A stretch of 64,000 nucleotides of DNA from Eledone cirrhosa (lineage: Eukaryota). A model generated the notes under the pieces. It did not search any database, was not told the origin of the DNA, and worked only from the letters and a program-made list of their open reading frames with translations. The stretch covers positions 206,832,001 to 206,896,000 of the forward strand of contig OZ024743.1 of the NCBI GenBank assembly GCA_964016885.1, given 5' to 3'. Position 1 is the stretch's first letter; every line of letters begins with the position of its first letter. This document shows positions 1 through 14,399 of this stretch, one piece after another. Position numbers and translations under genes: made by a program.

Positions 1-3000
1 ACAGTAGTTGTGACTATGGTTTTGATACTGTGGTCTTAGAGTAGTTATGACTATGGTGTTGATACAGTGGTCTTACAGTAGTTGTGTCTATGTTGTTGAT
101 ACAGTGGTCTTATGACTATGGTGTTGATACAGTGGTCTTACAGTAGTTGTGAATATGGTGTTGATACAGTGGTCTTACTGTAGTTGTGACTGTGGTGTTG
201 ATACAGTGGTCTTACAGTAGTTGTGACTGTGGTGCTGATACAGTGGTCTTACAGTAGTTGTGACTGTGGTGTTGATACAGTTGTCTTACAGTAGTTGTGA
301 CTATGGTGTTGATACAGTGGTCTTACACTAGTTGTGACTGTGGTGTTGATACAGTGGTCTTACAGTAGTTGTGAGTGTGGTGTTGATACATTGGTCTTAC
401 AGTAGTTGTAACTGTGTTGTTGATACAGTGGTCTTACAGTAGTTGTGACTATAGTGTTGATACAGTGGTTTTACAGTAGATGTGACTGTGGTGTTGATAC
501 AGTGCTCTTACAGTAGTTGTGACTGTGGTGTTGATACAGTGGTCTTACAGTTGTTGTGACTATAATGTTGATACAGTGGTATTACATACGTTGTGACTAT
601 GGTGTTGATACAGTTGTCTTACAGTAGTTGTGACTATGGTGTTCATACAGCTGTCTTGCAGTAGTTGTGACTATGGTGTTGATACAGTGGTCTTATAGAC
701 GTTGTGACTGTGGTGTTGATACAGTGGTCTTACAGTAGTTGTGACTACGGTGTTGAATCAGTTGTCTTACAGTAGTTGTGATTATGGTGTTGATACAGTG
801 GTCTTATTCTAGTTATGACTATGGTGTTGATACAGTGGTCTTACAGTAGTTGTGACTATGGTGTTGATACAGTGGTCTTACATTACTTATGACTATGGTG
901 TTGATACAGTGGTCTTACCGTAGTTATGACTATGGTGTTCATACAGTGGTCTTACAATAGTTGTGACTATGGTGTTGATACAGTGGTCTTATTGTAGTTG
1001 TGACTGTGGTGTTGATACAGTGGTCTTACAATAGTTGTGACTATGGTGTTGATACAGTGGTCTTACAGTAGTTATGACTATGGTGTTGATACAGTGGTCT
1101 TACAGTAGTTGTGACTATGGTGTTGGTACAGCGGTCTTATGACTATGGTGTTGATACAGTGGTCTTACGGTAGTTATGACTATCGTGTTGATACAGTGAT
1201 CTTACAGTAGTTGTGACCGTGGTGCTGACACAGTGGTCTTACAGTAGTTGTGACTATGGTGTTGATACAGTGGTCTTACAATAGTTGTGACTATGGTGTT
1301 GATACAGTGGTCTTATGACTATGGTGTTGATACAGTGGTCTTACAGTAGTTATGACTATGGTGTTGATACAGTGGTCTTACAGTAGTTGTGACTATGGTG
1401 TTGATACAGTGGTCTTACGGTAGTTATGACTATGGTGTTGATACAGTGGTCTTACAGTAGTTGTGACTATGGTTTTGATACGGTGGTCTTAGAGTAGTTA
1501 TGACTATGCTGTTGATACAGTGGGCTTACAGTAGTTGTGACTGTGGTGTTGATACAGTGGTCTTAGAGTAGTTGTGACTGTGTTGTTGATACAGTGGTCT
1601 TACAGTAGTTGTGACTATGGCTTTTATACAGTGGTCTTACAGTAGTTGTGACTATGGTGTTGCTACAGTTGTATTAGATACGTTGTGACTATGGTGTTGA
1701 TACAGTGGTCTTACAGTACTTGTGACTATGGTGTTGATACAGTGGTCTTACAGACGTTGTGACTGTGGTGTTGATACAGTGGTCTTACATTAGTTGTGAC
1801 TACGGTGTTGAATCCGTTGTCTTACAGTAGTTGTGATTATGGTGTTGATACAGTGGTCTTACAGTAGTTATAACTGTGGGGTTGATACAGTGTTCTTACA
1901 GTAGTTGTGACTATGGTGTAGATACAGTGGTCTTTCAGTAGTTGTGACTATGGTGTTGATACAGTGGTCTTATGACTATGGTGTTGATACAGTGGTCTTA
2001 CAGTAGTTGTGTCTATGTTGTTGATACAGTGGTCTTATGACTATGGTGTTGATACAGTGGTCTTACGGTAGTTATGACTATGGTGTTGATACAGTGGTCT
2101 TACAGTAGTTGTGACTATGGTGTTGATACAGTGGTTTTATGACTATGGTGTTGATACAGTGGTCTTACAGTAGTTGTGCCTATGGTGTTGATACAGTGGT
2201 CTTATGACTATGTTTTTGATACAGTGGTCTTACAGTAGTTGTGCCTATGGTGTTGATACAGTGGTCTTATGACTATGTTGTTGATACAGTGGTCTTACGG
2301 TAGTTATGACTATGGTGTTGATACAGTGGTCTTACAGTAGTTGTGACTATGGTTTTGATACTGTGGTCTTAGAGTAGTTATGACTATGGTGTTGATACAG
2401 TGGTCTTACAGTAGTTGTGTCTATGTTGTTGATACAGTGGTCTTATGACTATGGTGTTGATACAGTGGTCTTAGAGTAGTTGTGACTATGGTGTTGATAC
2501 AGTGGTTTTATGACTATGGTGTTGATACAGTGGTCTTACAGTAGTTGTGCCTATGGTGTTGATACAGTGGTCTTATGAATATGTTGTTGATACAGTGGTC
2601 TTACGGTAGTTATGACTATGGTGTTGATACAGTGGTCTTACAGTAGTTGTGACTATGGTTTTGATACTGTGGTCTTAGAGTAGTTATGACTATGCTGTTG
2701 ATACAGTGGGCTTACAGAAGTTGTGACTGTGGTGTTGATACAGTGGTCTTAGAGTAGTTGTGACTGTGTTGTTGATACAGTGGTCTTACAGTAGTTGTGA
2801 CTATGGCTTTTATACAGTGGTCTTACAGTAGTTATGACTATGGTGTTGATACAGTGGTCTTACGATAGTTATGACTACGGTGTTTATACAGTGGTCTTAC
2901 AGTAGTTGTGACTATGGTGTTCATACAGTGGTATTACAGACGTTGTGACAATGGTGTTGATACAGTGGTCTTACAGTAGTTGTGACTATGGTGTTGATAC

Positions 3001-6000
3001 AGTGGGCTTACATTAGTTGTGACTATTGTGTTGATACAGTGGTCTTACAGACGTTGTGACTGTGGTGTTGATACAGTGGTCTTTCAGTAGTTGTGACTAC
3101 GGTGTTGAATCAGTGGTCTTACAGTAATTGTGACTGTTGTGTTGATACAGTGGTCTTACAGTAGTTGTGGCTGTGGTGTTGATACAGTTATCTTACAGTA
3201 GTTGTGACTGTGATTTTGATACAGTGGTCTTACAGTAGTTGTGTCTATGTTGTTGATACAGTGGTCTTATGACTATGGTGTTGATACAGTGGTCTTACGG
3301 TAGTTATAACTGTGGTGTTGATACAGTGTTCTTACAGTAGTTGTGACTAAGGTGTAGATACAGTGGTCTTACAGTAGTTGTGACTATGGTGTTGATACAG
3401 TGGTCTTATGACTATGGAGTTGATACAGTGGGCTTACAGTAGTTATGACTATGGTGTTGATACAGTGGTCTTACAGTAGTTGTCACTATGGTGTTGATAC
3501 AGTGGTCTTATGACTATGGTGTTGATACAGTGGTCTTACGGTAGTTATGACCATGGTGTTGATACAGTGGTCTTACAGTAGTTGTGAATATAGTGTTGAT
3601 ACAGTGGTCTTACTGTAGTTGTGACTGTGGTGTTGATACAGTGGTCTTACAGTAGTTGTGACTGTGGTGCTGATAAAGTGGTCTTACAGTATTTGTGACT
3701 GTGGTGTTGATACAGTTGTCTTACAGTAGTTGTGACTATGGTGTTGATACAGTGGTCTTACACTAGTTGTGACTGTGGTGTTGATACAGTGTTCTTACAG
3801 TAGTTGTGAGTGTGGTGTTGATACATTGGTCTTACAGTAGTTGTAACTGTGTTGTTGATACAGTGGTCTTACAGTAGTTGTGACTATAGTGTTGATACAG
3901 TGGTTTTACAGTAGGTGTGACTGTGGTGTTGATAAAGTGGTCTTACAGTAGTTGTGACTGTGGCGTTGATACAGTGGTCTTACAGTTGTTGTGACTATAG
4001 TGTTGATACAGTGGTATTACAGACGTTGTGACTATGGTGTTGATACAGTTGTCTTACAGTAGTTGTGACTATGGTGTTCATACAGCTATCTTGCAGTAGT
4101 TGTGAATATGGTGTTGATACAGTGGTCTTACAGACGTTGTGGCTGTGGTGTTGATACAGTGGTCTTACAGTTGTTGTGACTATAGTGTTGATACAGTGGT
4201 ATTACAGACGTTATGACTATGGTGTTGATACAGTGGTCTTACGATAGTTATGACTATGGTGTTTATACAGTGGTCTTACAGTAGTTGTGACTATGGTGTT
4301 CATACAGTGGTATTACAGACGTTGTGACAATGGTGTTGATACAGTGGTCTTACAGTAGTTGTGACTATGGTGTTGATACAGTGGTCTTACAGTAGTTGTG
4401 TTTATGGTGTTGATACAGTGGTCTTACAGTAGTTGTGACTGTGGTGTTGATACAGTGGTCTTACAGTTGTTGTGACTATAATGTTGATACAGTGGTATTA
4501 CAGACGATGTGACTATGGTGTTGATACAGTTGTCTTACAGTAGTTGTGACTATGGTGTTCATACAGCTGTCTTGCAGTAGTTGTGACCATGCTGTTGATA
4601 CAGTGGTCTTACAGACGTTGTGACTGTGGTGTTGATACAGTGGTCTTACAGTAGTTGTGACTACGGTGTTGAATCAGTTGTCTTACAGTAGTTGTGATTA
4701 TGGTGTTGATACAGTGGTCTTACAGTTGTGGCTGTGGTGTTGATACAGTGGTCTTACAGTAGTTGTGGCTGTGATGTTGATACAGTGGTCTTACAGTAGT
4801 TATAACTGTGGGGTTGATACAGTGTTCTTACAGTAGTTGTGACTATGGTGTAGATACAGTGGTCTTACAGTAGTTGTGACTATGGTGTTGATACAGTGGT
4901 CTTTCAGTAGTTGTGTCTATGTTGTTGATACAGTGGTCTTATGACTATGGTGTTGATACAGTGGTCTTACGGTAGTTATGACTATGGTGTTGATACAGTG
5001 GTCTTACGGTAGTTATGACTATGGTGTTGATACAGTGGTCTTACAGTAGTTGTGACTATGGTTTTGATACGGTGGTCTTAGAGTAGTTATGACTATGCTG
5101 TTGATACATTGGGCTTACAGTAGTTGTGACTGTGGTGTTGATACAGTGGTCTTAGAGTAGTTGTGACTGTGTTGTTGATACAGTGGTCTTACAGTAGTTG
5201 TGACTATGGTGTTGATACAGTGGTCTTACAGTACTTGTGACTATGGTGTTGATACAGTGGTCTTACAGACGTTGTGACTGTGGTGTTGATACAGTGGTCT
5301 TACATTAGTTGTGACTACGGTGTTGAATCCGTTGTCTTACAGTAGTTGTGATTATGGTGTTGATACAGTGGTCTTACAGTTGTGGCTGTGGTGTTGATAC
5401 AGTGGTCTTACAGTAGTTGTGGCTGTGGTGTTGATATAGTGATCTTACAGTAGTTGTGACTGTGATGTTGATACAGTGGTCTTACAGTAGTTATAACTGT
5501 GGGGTTGATACAGTGTTCTTACAGTAGTTGTGACTATGGTGTAGATACAGTGGTCTTACAGTAGTTGTGACTATGGTGTTGATACAGTGGTCTTATGACT
5601 ATGGTGTTGATACAGTGGTCTTACGGTAGTTATGACTATGGTGTTGATTTAGTGGTCTTACAGTAGTTGTGACTATGGTGTTGATACAGTGGTTTTATGA
5701 CTATGGTGTTGATACAGTGGTCTTACAGTAGTTGTGTCTATGTTGTTGATACAGTGGTCTTATGACTATGGTGCTGATACAGTGGTCTTACGGTAGTTAT
5801 GACTATGGTGTTGATACAGTGGTCTTACAGTAGTTGTGACTATGGTGTTGATACAGTGGTTTTATGACTATGGTGTTGATACAGTGGTCTTACAGTAGTT
5901 GTGCCTATGGTGTTGATACAGTGGTCTTATGACTATGTTTTTGATACAGTGGTCTTACAGTAGTTGTGCCTATGGTGTTGATACAGTGTTCTTATGACTA

Positions 6001-9000
6001 TGTTGTTGATACAGTGGTCTTACGGTAGTTATGACTATGGTGTTGATACAGTGGTCTTACAGTAGTTGTGACTATGGTTTTGATACTGTGGTCTTAGAGT
6101 AGTTATGACTATGGTGTTGATACAGTGGTCTTACAGTAGTTGTGTCTATGTTGTTGATGCAGTGGTCTTATGACTATGGTGTTGATACAGTGGTCTTACA
6201 GTAGTTGTGAATATGGTGTTGATACAGTGGTCTTACTGTAGTTGTGACTATGGTTTTGATACTGTGGTCTTAGAGTAGTTATGACTATGCTGTTGATACA
6301 GTGGGCTTACAGTAGTTGTGACTGTGGTGTTGATACAGTGGTCTTAGAGTAGTTGTGACTGTGTTGTTGATACAGTGGTCTTACAGTAGTTGTGACTATG
6401 GCTTTTATACAGTGGTCTTACAGTAGTTATGACTATGGTGTTGATACAGTGGTCTTACGATAGTTATGACTACGGTGTTTATACAGTGGTCTTACAGTAG
6501 TTGTGACTATGGTGTTCATACAGTGATATTACAGACGTTGTGACAATGGTGTTGATACAGTGGTCTTACAGTAGTTGTGACTAGTTGTGACTATACAGTG
6601 GGCTTACATTAGTTTTGACTATTGTGTTGATACAGTGGTCTTACAGACGTTGTGACTGTGGTGTTGATACAGTGGTCTTTCAGTAGTTGTGACTACGGTG
6701 TTGAATCAGTGGTCTTACAGTAGTTGTGACTGTTGTGTTGACACAGTGGTCTTACAGTAGTTGTGGCTGTGGTGTTGATACAGTTATCTTACAGTAGTTG
6801 TGACTGTGATGTTGATAGAGTGGTCTTACAGAAGTTATAACTGTGGTGTTGATACAGTGTTCTTACAGTAGTTGTGACTAAGGTGTAGATACAGAGGTCT
6901 TACAGTAGTTGTGACTATGGTGTTGATACAGTGGTCTTATGACTATGGAGTTGATACAGTGGGATAACAGTAGTTGTGACTATGGTGTTGATACTGTAGT
7001 CTTACAGTAGTTGTGACTATGGTGTTGATAAAGTGGTCTTACTGTAGTTGTGACTGTGGTGTTGATACAGTGTTCTTACAGTAGTTGTGACTAAGGTGTA
7101 GATACAGTGGTCTTACAGTAGTTGTGACTATGGTGTTGATACAGTGGTCTTATGACTATGGAGTTGATACAGTGGGCTTACAGTAGTTATGACTATGGTG
7201 TTGATACAGTGGTCTTACAGTTGTTGTCACTATGGTGTTGATACAGTGGTCTTATGACTATGGTGTTGATACAGTGGTCTTACAGTAGTTGTGAATATAG
7301 TGTTGATACAGTGGTCTTACTGTAGTTGTGACTGTGGTGTTGATACAGTGGTCTTACAGTAGTTGTGACTGTGGTGCTGATAGAGTGGTCTTACAGTATT
7401 TGTGACTGTGGTGTTGATACAGCTGTCTTACAGTAGTTGTGACTATGGTGTTGATACAGTGGTCTTACACTAGTTGTGACTGTGGTGTTGATACAGTGTT
7501 CTTACAGTAGTTGTGAGTGTGGTGTTGATACATTGGTCTTACAGTAGTTGTAACTGTGTTGTTGATACAGTGGTCTTACAGTAGTTGTGACTATAGTGTT
7601 GATACAGTGGTTTTACAGTAGGTGTGACTGTGGTGTTGATACAGTGGTCTTACAGTAGTTGTGACTGTGGCGTTGATACAGTGGTCTTACAGTTGTTGTG
7701 ACTATAGTGTTGACACAGTGGTATTACAGACGTTGTGACTATGGTGTTGATACAGTTGTCTTACAGTAGTTGTGACTATGGTGTTCATACAGCTATCTTG
7801 CAGTAGTTGTGACTATGGTGTTGATACAGTGGTCTTACAGACGTTGTGATTGTGGTGTTGATACAGTGGTCTTACAGTAGTTGTGACTACGGTGTTGAAT
7901 CAGTTGTCTTACAGTAGTTGTGATTATGGTGTTGATACAGTGGTCTTACAGTTGTGGCTGTGGTGTTGATACAGTGGTCTTACAGTTGTTGTGACTATAG
8001 TGTTGATACAGTGGTATTACAGACGTTATGACTATGGTGTTGATACAGTGGTCTTACGATAGTTATGACTATGGTGTTTATACAGTGGTCTTACAGTAGT
8101 TGTGACTATGGTGTTCATACAGTGGTATTACAGACGTTGTGACAATGGTGTTGATACAGTGGTCTTACAGTAGTTGTGACTATGGTGTTGATACAGTGGT
8201 CTTACAGCAGTTGTGACAATTGTGTTGATACAGAGGTCTTACAGACGTTGTGACTGTGGTGTTGATACAGTGGTCTTACAGTAGTTGTGACTACGGTGTT
8301 GATACAGTGGTCTTACAGTAGTTGTGTTTATGGTGTTGATACAGTGGTCTTACAGTAGTTGTGACTGTGGTGTTGATACAGTGGTCTTACAGTTGTTGTG
8401 ACTATAATGTTGATACAGTGGTATTACAGACGTTGTGACTATGGTGTTGATACAGTTGTCTTACAGTAGTTGTGACTATGGTGTTCATACAGCTGTCTTG
8501 CAGTAGTTGTGACTATGGTGTTGATACAGTGGTCTTACAGACGTTGTGACTGTGGTGTTGATACAGTGGTCTTACAGTAGTTGTGACTACGGCGTTGAAT
8601 CAGTTGTCTTACAGTAGTTGTGATTATGGTGTTGATACAGTGGTCTTACAGTTGTGGCTGTGGTGTTGATACAGTGGTCTTACAGTAGTCGTGGCTGTGA
8701 TGTTGATACAGTGGTCTTACAGTAGTTATAACTGTGGGGTTGATACAGTGTTCTTACAGTAGTTGTGACTATGGTGTAGATACAGTGGTCTTACAGTAGT
8801 TGTGACTATGGTGTTGATACAGTGGTCTTATGACTATGGTGTTGATACAGTGGTCTTACAGTAGTTGTGCCTATGTTGTTGATACAGTGGTCTTATGACT
8901 ATGGTGTTGATACAGTGGTCTTACGGTAGTTATGACTATGGTGTTGATACAGTGGTCTTACAGTAGTTGTGACTATGGTGTTGATACAGTGGTCTTACGG

Positions 9001-12000
9001 TAGTTATGACTATGGTGTTCATACAGTGGTCTTACAGTAGTTGTGACTATGGTGTTGATACAGTGGTCTTACTGTAGTTGTGACTGTGGTGTTGATACAG
9101 TGGTCTTACAATAGTTGTGACTATGGTGTTGATACAGTGGTCTTACAGTAGTTGTGACTATGGTGTTGGTACAGCGGTCTTATGACTATGGTGTTGATAC
9201 AGTGGTCTTACGGTAGTTATGACTATGGTGATGATACAGTGATCTTACAGTAGTTGTGACCGTGGTGCTGACACAGTGGTCTTACAGTAGTTGTGACTAT
9301 GGTGTTGATACAGTGGTCTTACAATAGTTGTGACTATGGTGTTGATACAGTGGTCTTATGACTATGGTGTTGATACAGTGGTCTTACAGTAGTTATGACT
9401 ATGGTGTTGATACAGTGGTCTTACAGTAGTTGTGACTATGGTGTTGATACAGTGGTCTTATGACTATGGTGTTGATACAGTGGTCTTACGGTAGTTATGA
9501 CTATGGTGTTGATACAGTGGTCTTACAGTAGGTGTGACTATGGTTTTGATACGGTGGTCTTAGAGTAGTTATGACTATGCTGTTGATACAGTGGGCTTAC
9601 AGTAGTTGTGACTGTGGTGTTGATACAGTGGTCTTAGAGTAGTTGTGACTGTGTTGTTGATACAGTGGTCTTACAGTAGTTGTGACTATGGCTTTTATAC
9701 AGTGGTCTTACAGTAGTTGTGACTATAGTGTTGCTACAGTGGTATTAGATACGTTGTGACTATGGTGTTGATACAGTGGTCTTACAGTACTTGTGACTAT
9801 GGTGTTGATACAGTGGTCTTACAGACGTTGTGACTGTGGTGTTGATACAGTGGTCTTACATTAGTTGTGACTACGGTATTGAATCCGTTGTCTTACAGTA
9901 GTTGTGATTATGGTGTTGATACAGTGGTCTTACAGTTGTGGCTGTGGTGTTGATACAGTGGTCTTAAAGTAGTTGTGGCTGTGGTGTTGATATAGTGATC
10001 TTACAGTAGTTGTGACTGTGATGTTGATACAGTGGTCTTACAGTAGTTATAACTGTGGGGTTGATACAGTGTTCTTACAGTAGTTGTGACTATGGTGTAG
10101 ATACAGTGGTCTTACAGTAGTTGTGACTATGGTGTTGATACAGTGGTCTTATGACTATGGTGTTGATACAGTGGTCTTACAGTAGTTGTGTCTATGTTGT
10201 TGATACAGTGGTCTTATGACTATGGTGTTGATACAGTGGTCTTACGGTAGTTATGACTATGGTGTTGATACAGTGGTCTTACAGTAGTTGTGACTATGGT
10301 GTTGATACAGTGGTTTTATGACTATGGTGTTGATACAGTGGTCTTACAGTAGTTGTGCCTATGGTGTTGATACAGTGGTCTTATGACTATGTTTTTGATA
10401 CAGTGGTCTTACAGTAGTTGTGCCTATGGTGTTGATACAGTGGTCTTATGACTATGTTGTTGATACAGTGGTCTTACGGTAGTTATGACTATGGTGTTGA
10501 TACAGTGGTCTTACAGTAGTTGTGACTATGGTTTTGATACTGTGGTCTTAGAGTAGTTATGACTATGGTGTTGATACAGTGGCCTTACAGTAGTTGTGTC
10601 TATGTTGTTGATACAGTGGTCTTATGACTATGGTGTTGATACAGTGGTCTTACAGTAGTTGTGAATATGGTGTTGATACAGTGGTCTTACTGTAGTTGTG
10701 ACTGTGGTGTTGATACAGTGGTCTTACAGTAGTTGTGACTGTGGTGCTGATACAGTGGTCTTACAGTAGTTGTGACTGTGGTCTTGATACAGTTGTCTTA
10801 CAGTAGTTGTGACTATGGTGTTGATACAGTGGTCTTACACTAGTTGTGACTGTGGTGTTGATACAGTGGTCTTACAGTAGTTGTGAGTGTGGTGTTGATA
10901 CATTGGTCTTACAGTAGTTGTAACTGTGTTGTTGATACAGTGGTCTTACAGTAGTTGTGACTATAGTGTTGATACAGTGGTTTTACAGTAGATGTGACTG
11001 TGGTGTTGATACAGTGGTCTTACAGTAGTTGTGACTGTGGTGTTGATACAGTGGTCTTACAGTTGTTGTGACTATAATGTTGATACAGTGGTATTACAGA
11101 CGTTGTAACTATGGTGTTGATACAGTTGTCTTACAGTAGTTGTGACTATGGTGTTCATACAGCTGTCTTGCAGTAGTTGTTACTATGGTGTTGATACAGT
11201 GGTCTTATAGACGTTGTGACTGTGGTGTTGATACAGTGGTCTTACAGTAGTTGTGACTACGGTGTTGAATCAGTTGTCTTACAGTAGTTGTGATTATGGT
11301 GTTGATACAGTGGTCTTATTCTAGTTATGACTATGGTGTTGATACAGTGGTCTTACAGTAGTTGTGACTATGGTGTTGATACAGTGGTCTTACATTACTT
11401 ATGACTATGGTGTTGATACAGTGGTCTTACCGTAGTTATGACTATGGTGTTCATACAGTGGTCTTACAGTAGTTGTGACTATGGTGTTGATACAGTTGTC
11501 TTACTGTAGTTGTGACTGTGGTGTTGATACAGTGGTCTTACAATAGTTGTGACTATGGTGTTGATACAGTGGTCTTACAGTAGTTATGACTATGGTGTTG
11601 ATACAGTGGTCTTACAGTAGTTGTGACTATGGTGTTGGTACAGCGGTCTTATGACTATGGTGTTGATACAGTGGTCTTACGGTAGTTATGACTATGGTGT
11701 TGATACAGTGATCTTACAGTAGTTGTGACCGTGGTGCTGACACAGTGGTCTTACAGTAGTTGTGAATATGGTGTTGATACAGTGGTCTTACAATAGTTGT
11801 GACTATGGTGTTGATACAGTGGTCTTATGACTATGGTGTTGATACAGTGGTCTTACAGTAGTTATGACTATGGTGTTGATACAGTGGTCTTACAGTAGTT
11901 GTGACTATGGTGTTGATACAGTGGTCTTATGACTATGGTGTTGATACAGTGGTCTTACGGTAGTTATGACTATGGTGTTGATACAGTGGTCTTACAGTAA

Positions 12001-14399
12001 TTGTGACTATGGTTTTGATACGGTGGTCTTAGAGTAATTATGACTATGCTGTTGATACAGTGGGCTTACAGTAGTTGTGACTGTGGTGTTGATACAGTGG
12101 TCTTAGAGTAGTTGTGACTGTGTTGTTGATACAGTGGTCTTACAGTAGTTGTGACTATGGTGTTGCTACAGTGGTATTAGATACGTTGTGACTATGGTGT
12201 TGATACAGTGGTCTTACAGTACTTGTGACTATGGTGTTGATACAGTGGTCTTACAGACGTTGTGACTGTGGTGTTGATACAGTGGTCTTACATTAGTTGT
12301 GACTACGGTGTTGAATCCGTTGTCTTACAGTAGTTGTGATTATGGTGTTGATACAGTGGTCTTACAGTTGTGGCTGTGGTGTTGATACAGTGGTCTTACA
12401 GTAGTTGTGGCTGTGGTGTTGATATAGTGATGTTACAGTAGTTGTGACTGTGATGTTGATACAGTGGTCTTACAGTAGTTATAACTGTGGGGTTGATACA
12501 GTGTTCTTACAGTAGTTGTGACTATGGTGTAGATACAGTGGTCTTACAGTAGTTGTGACTATGGTGTTGATACAGTGGTCTTATGACTATGGTGTTGATA
12601 CAGTGGTCTTACGGTAGTTATGACTATGGTGTTGATACAGTGGTCTTACAGTAGTTGTGACTATGGTGTTGATACAGTGGTTTTATGACTATGGTGTTGA
12701 TACAGTGGTCTTACAGTAGTTGTGCCTATGGTGTTGATACAGTGGTCTTATGACTATGTTTTTGATACAGTGGTCTTACAGTAGTTGTGCCTATGGTGTT
12801 AATACAGTGGTCTTATGACTATGTTGTTGATACAGTGGTCTTACGGTAGTTATGACTATGGTGTTGATACAGTGGTCTTACAGTAGTTGTGACTATGGTT
12901 TTGATACTGTGGTCTTAGAGTAGTTATGACTATGGTGTTGATACAGTGGTCTTACAGTAGTTGTGTCTATGTTGTTGATACAGTGGTCTTATGACTATGG
13001 TGTTGATACAGTGGTCTTACAGTAGTTGTGACTATGGTGTTGATACAGTGGTTTTATGACTATGGTGTTGATACAGTGGTCTTACAGTAGTTGTGCCTAT
13101 GGTGTTGATACAGTGGTCTTATGAATATGTTGTTGATACAGTGGTCTTACGGTAGTTATGACTATGGTGTTGATACAGTGGTCTTACAGTAGTTGTGACT
13201 ATGGTTTTGATACTGTGGTCTTAGAGTAGTTATGACTATGCTGTTGATACAGTGGGCTTACAGTAGTTGTGACTGTGGTGTTGATACAGTGGTCTTAGAG
13301 TAGTTGTGACTGTCTTGTTGATACAGTGGTCTTACAGTAGTTGAGACTATGGCTTTTATACAGTGGTCTTACAGTAGTTATGACTGTGGTGTTGATACAG
13401 TGGTCTTACGATAGTTATGACTACGGTGTTTATACAGTGGTCTTACAGTAGTTGTCACTATGGTGTTCATACAGTGGTATTACAGACGTTGTGACAATGG
13501 TGTTGATACAGTGGTCTTACAGTAGTTGTGACTATGGTGTTGATACAGTGGGCTTACCTTAGTTGTAACTATTGTGTTGATACAGTGGTCTTACAGACGT
13601 TGTGACTGTGGTGTTGATACAGTGGTCTTTCAGTAGTTGTGACTACGGTGTTGAATCAGTGGTCTTACAGTAGTTGTGACTGTTGTGTTGATACAGTGGT
13701 CTTACAGTAGTTGTGGCTGTGGTGTTGATACAGTTATCTTACAGTAGTTGTGACTGTGATGTTGATAGAGTGGTCTTACAGAAGTTATAACTGTGGTGTT
13801 GATACAGTGTTCTTTCAGTAGTTGTGACTAAGGTGTAGATACAGTGGTCTTACAGTAGTTGTGACTATGGTGTTGATACAGTTGTCTTATGACTATGGAG
13901 TTGATACAGTGGGCTTACAGTAGTTGTGACTATGGTGTTGATACTGTAGTCTTACAGTAGTTGTGACTATGGTGTTGATAATGTGGTCTTACTGTAGTTG
14001 TGACTGTGGTGTTGATACAGTGTTCTTACAGTAGTTGTGACTAAGGTGTAGATACAGTGGTCTTACAGTAGTTGTGACTATGGTGTTGATACAGTGGTCT
14101 TATGACTATGGAGTTGATACAGTGGGCTTACAGTAGTTATGACTATGGTGTTGATACAGTGGTCTTACAGTAGTTGTCACTATGGTGTCGATACAGTGGT
14201 CTTATGACTATGGTGTTGATACAGTGGTCTTACGGTAGTTATGACCATGGTGTTGATACAGTGGTCTTACAGTAGTTGTGAATATAGTGTTGATACAGTG
14301 GTCTTACTGTAGTTGTGACTGTGGTGTTGATACAGTGGTCTTACAGTAGTTGTGACTGTGGTGCTGATACAGTGGTCTTACAGTATTTGTGACTGTGGT

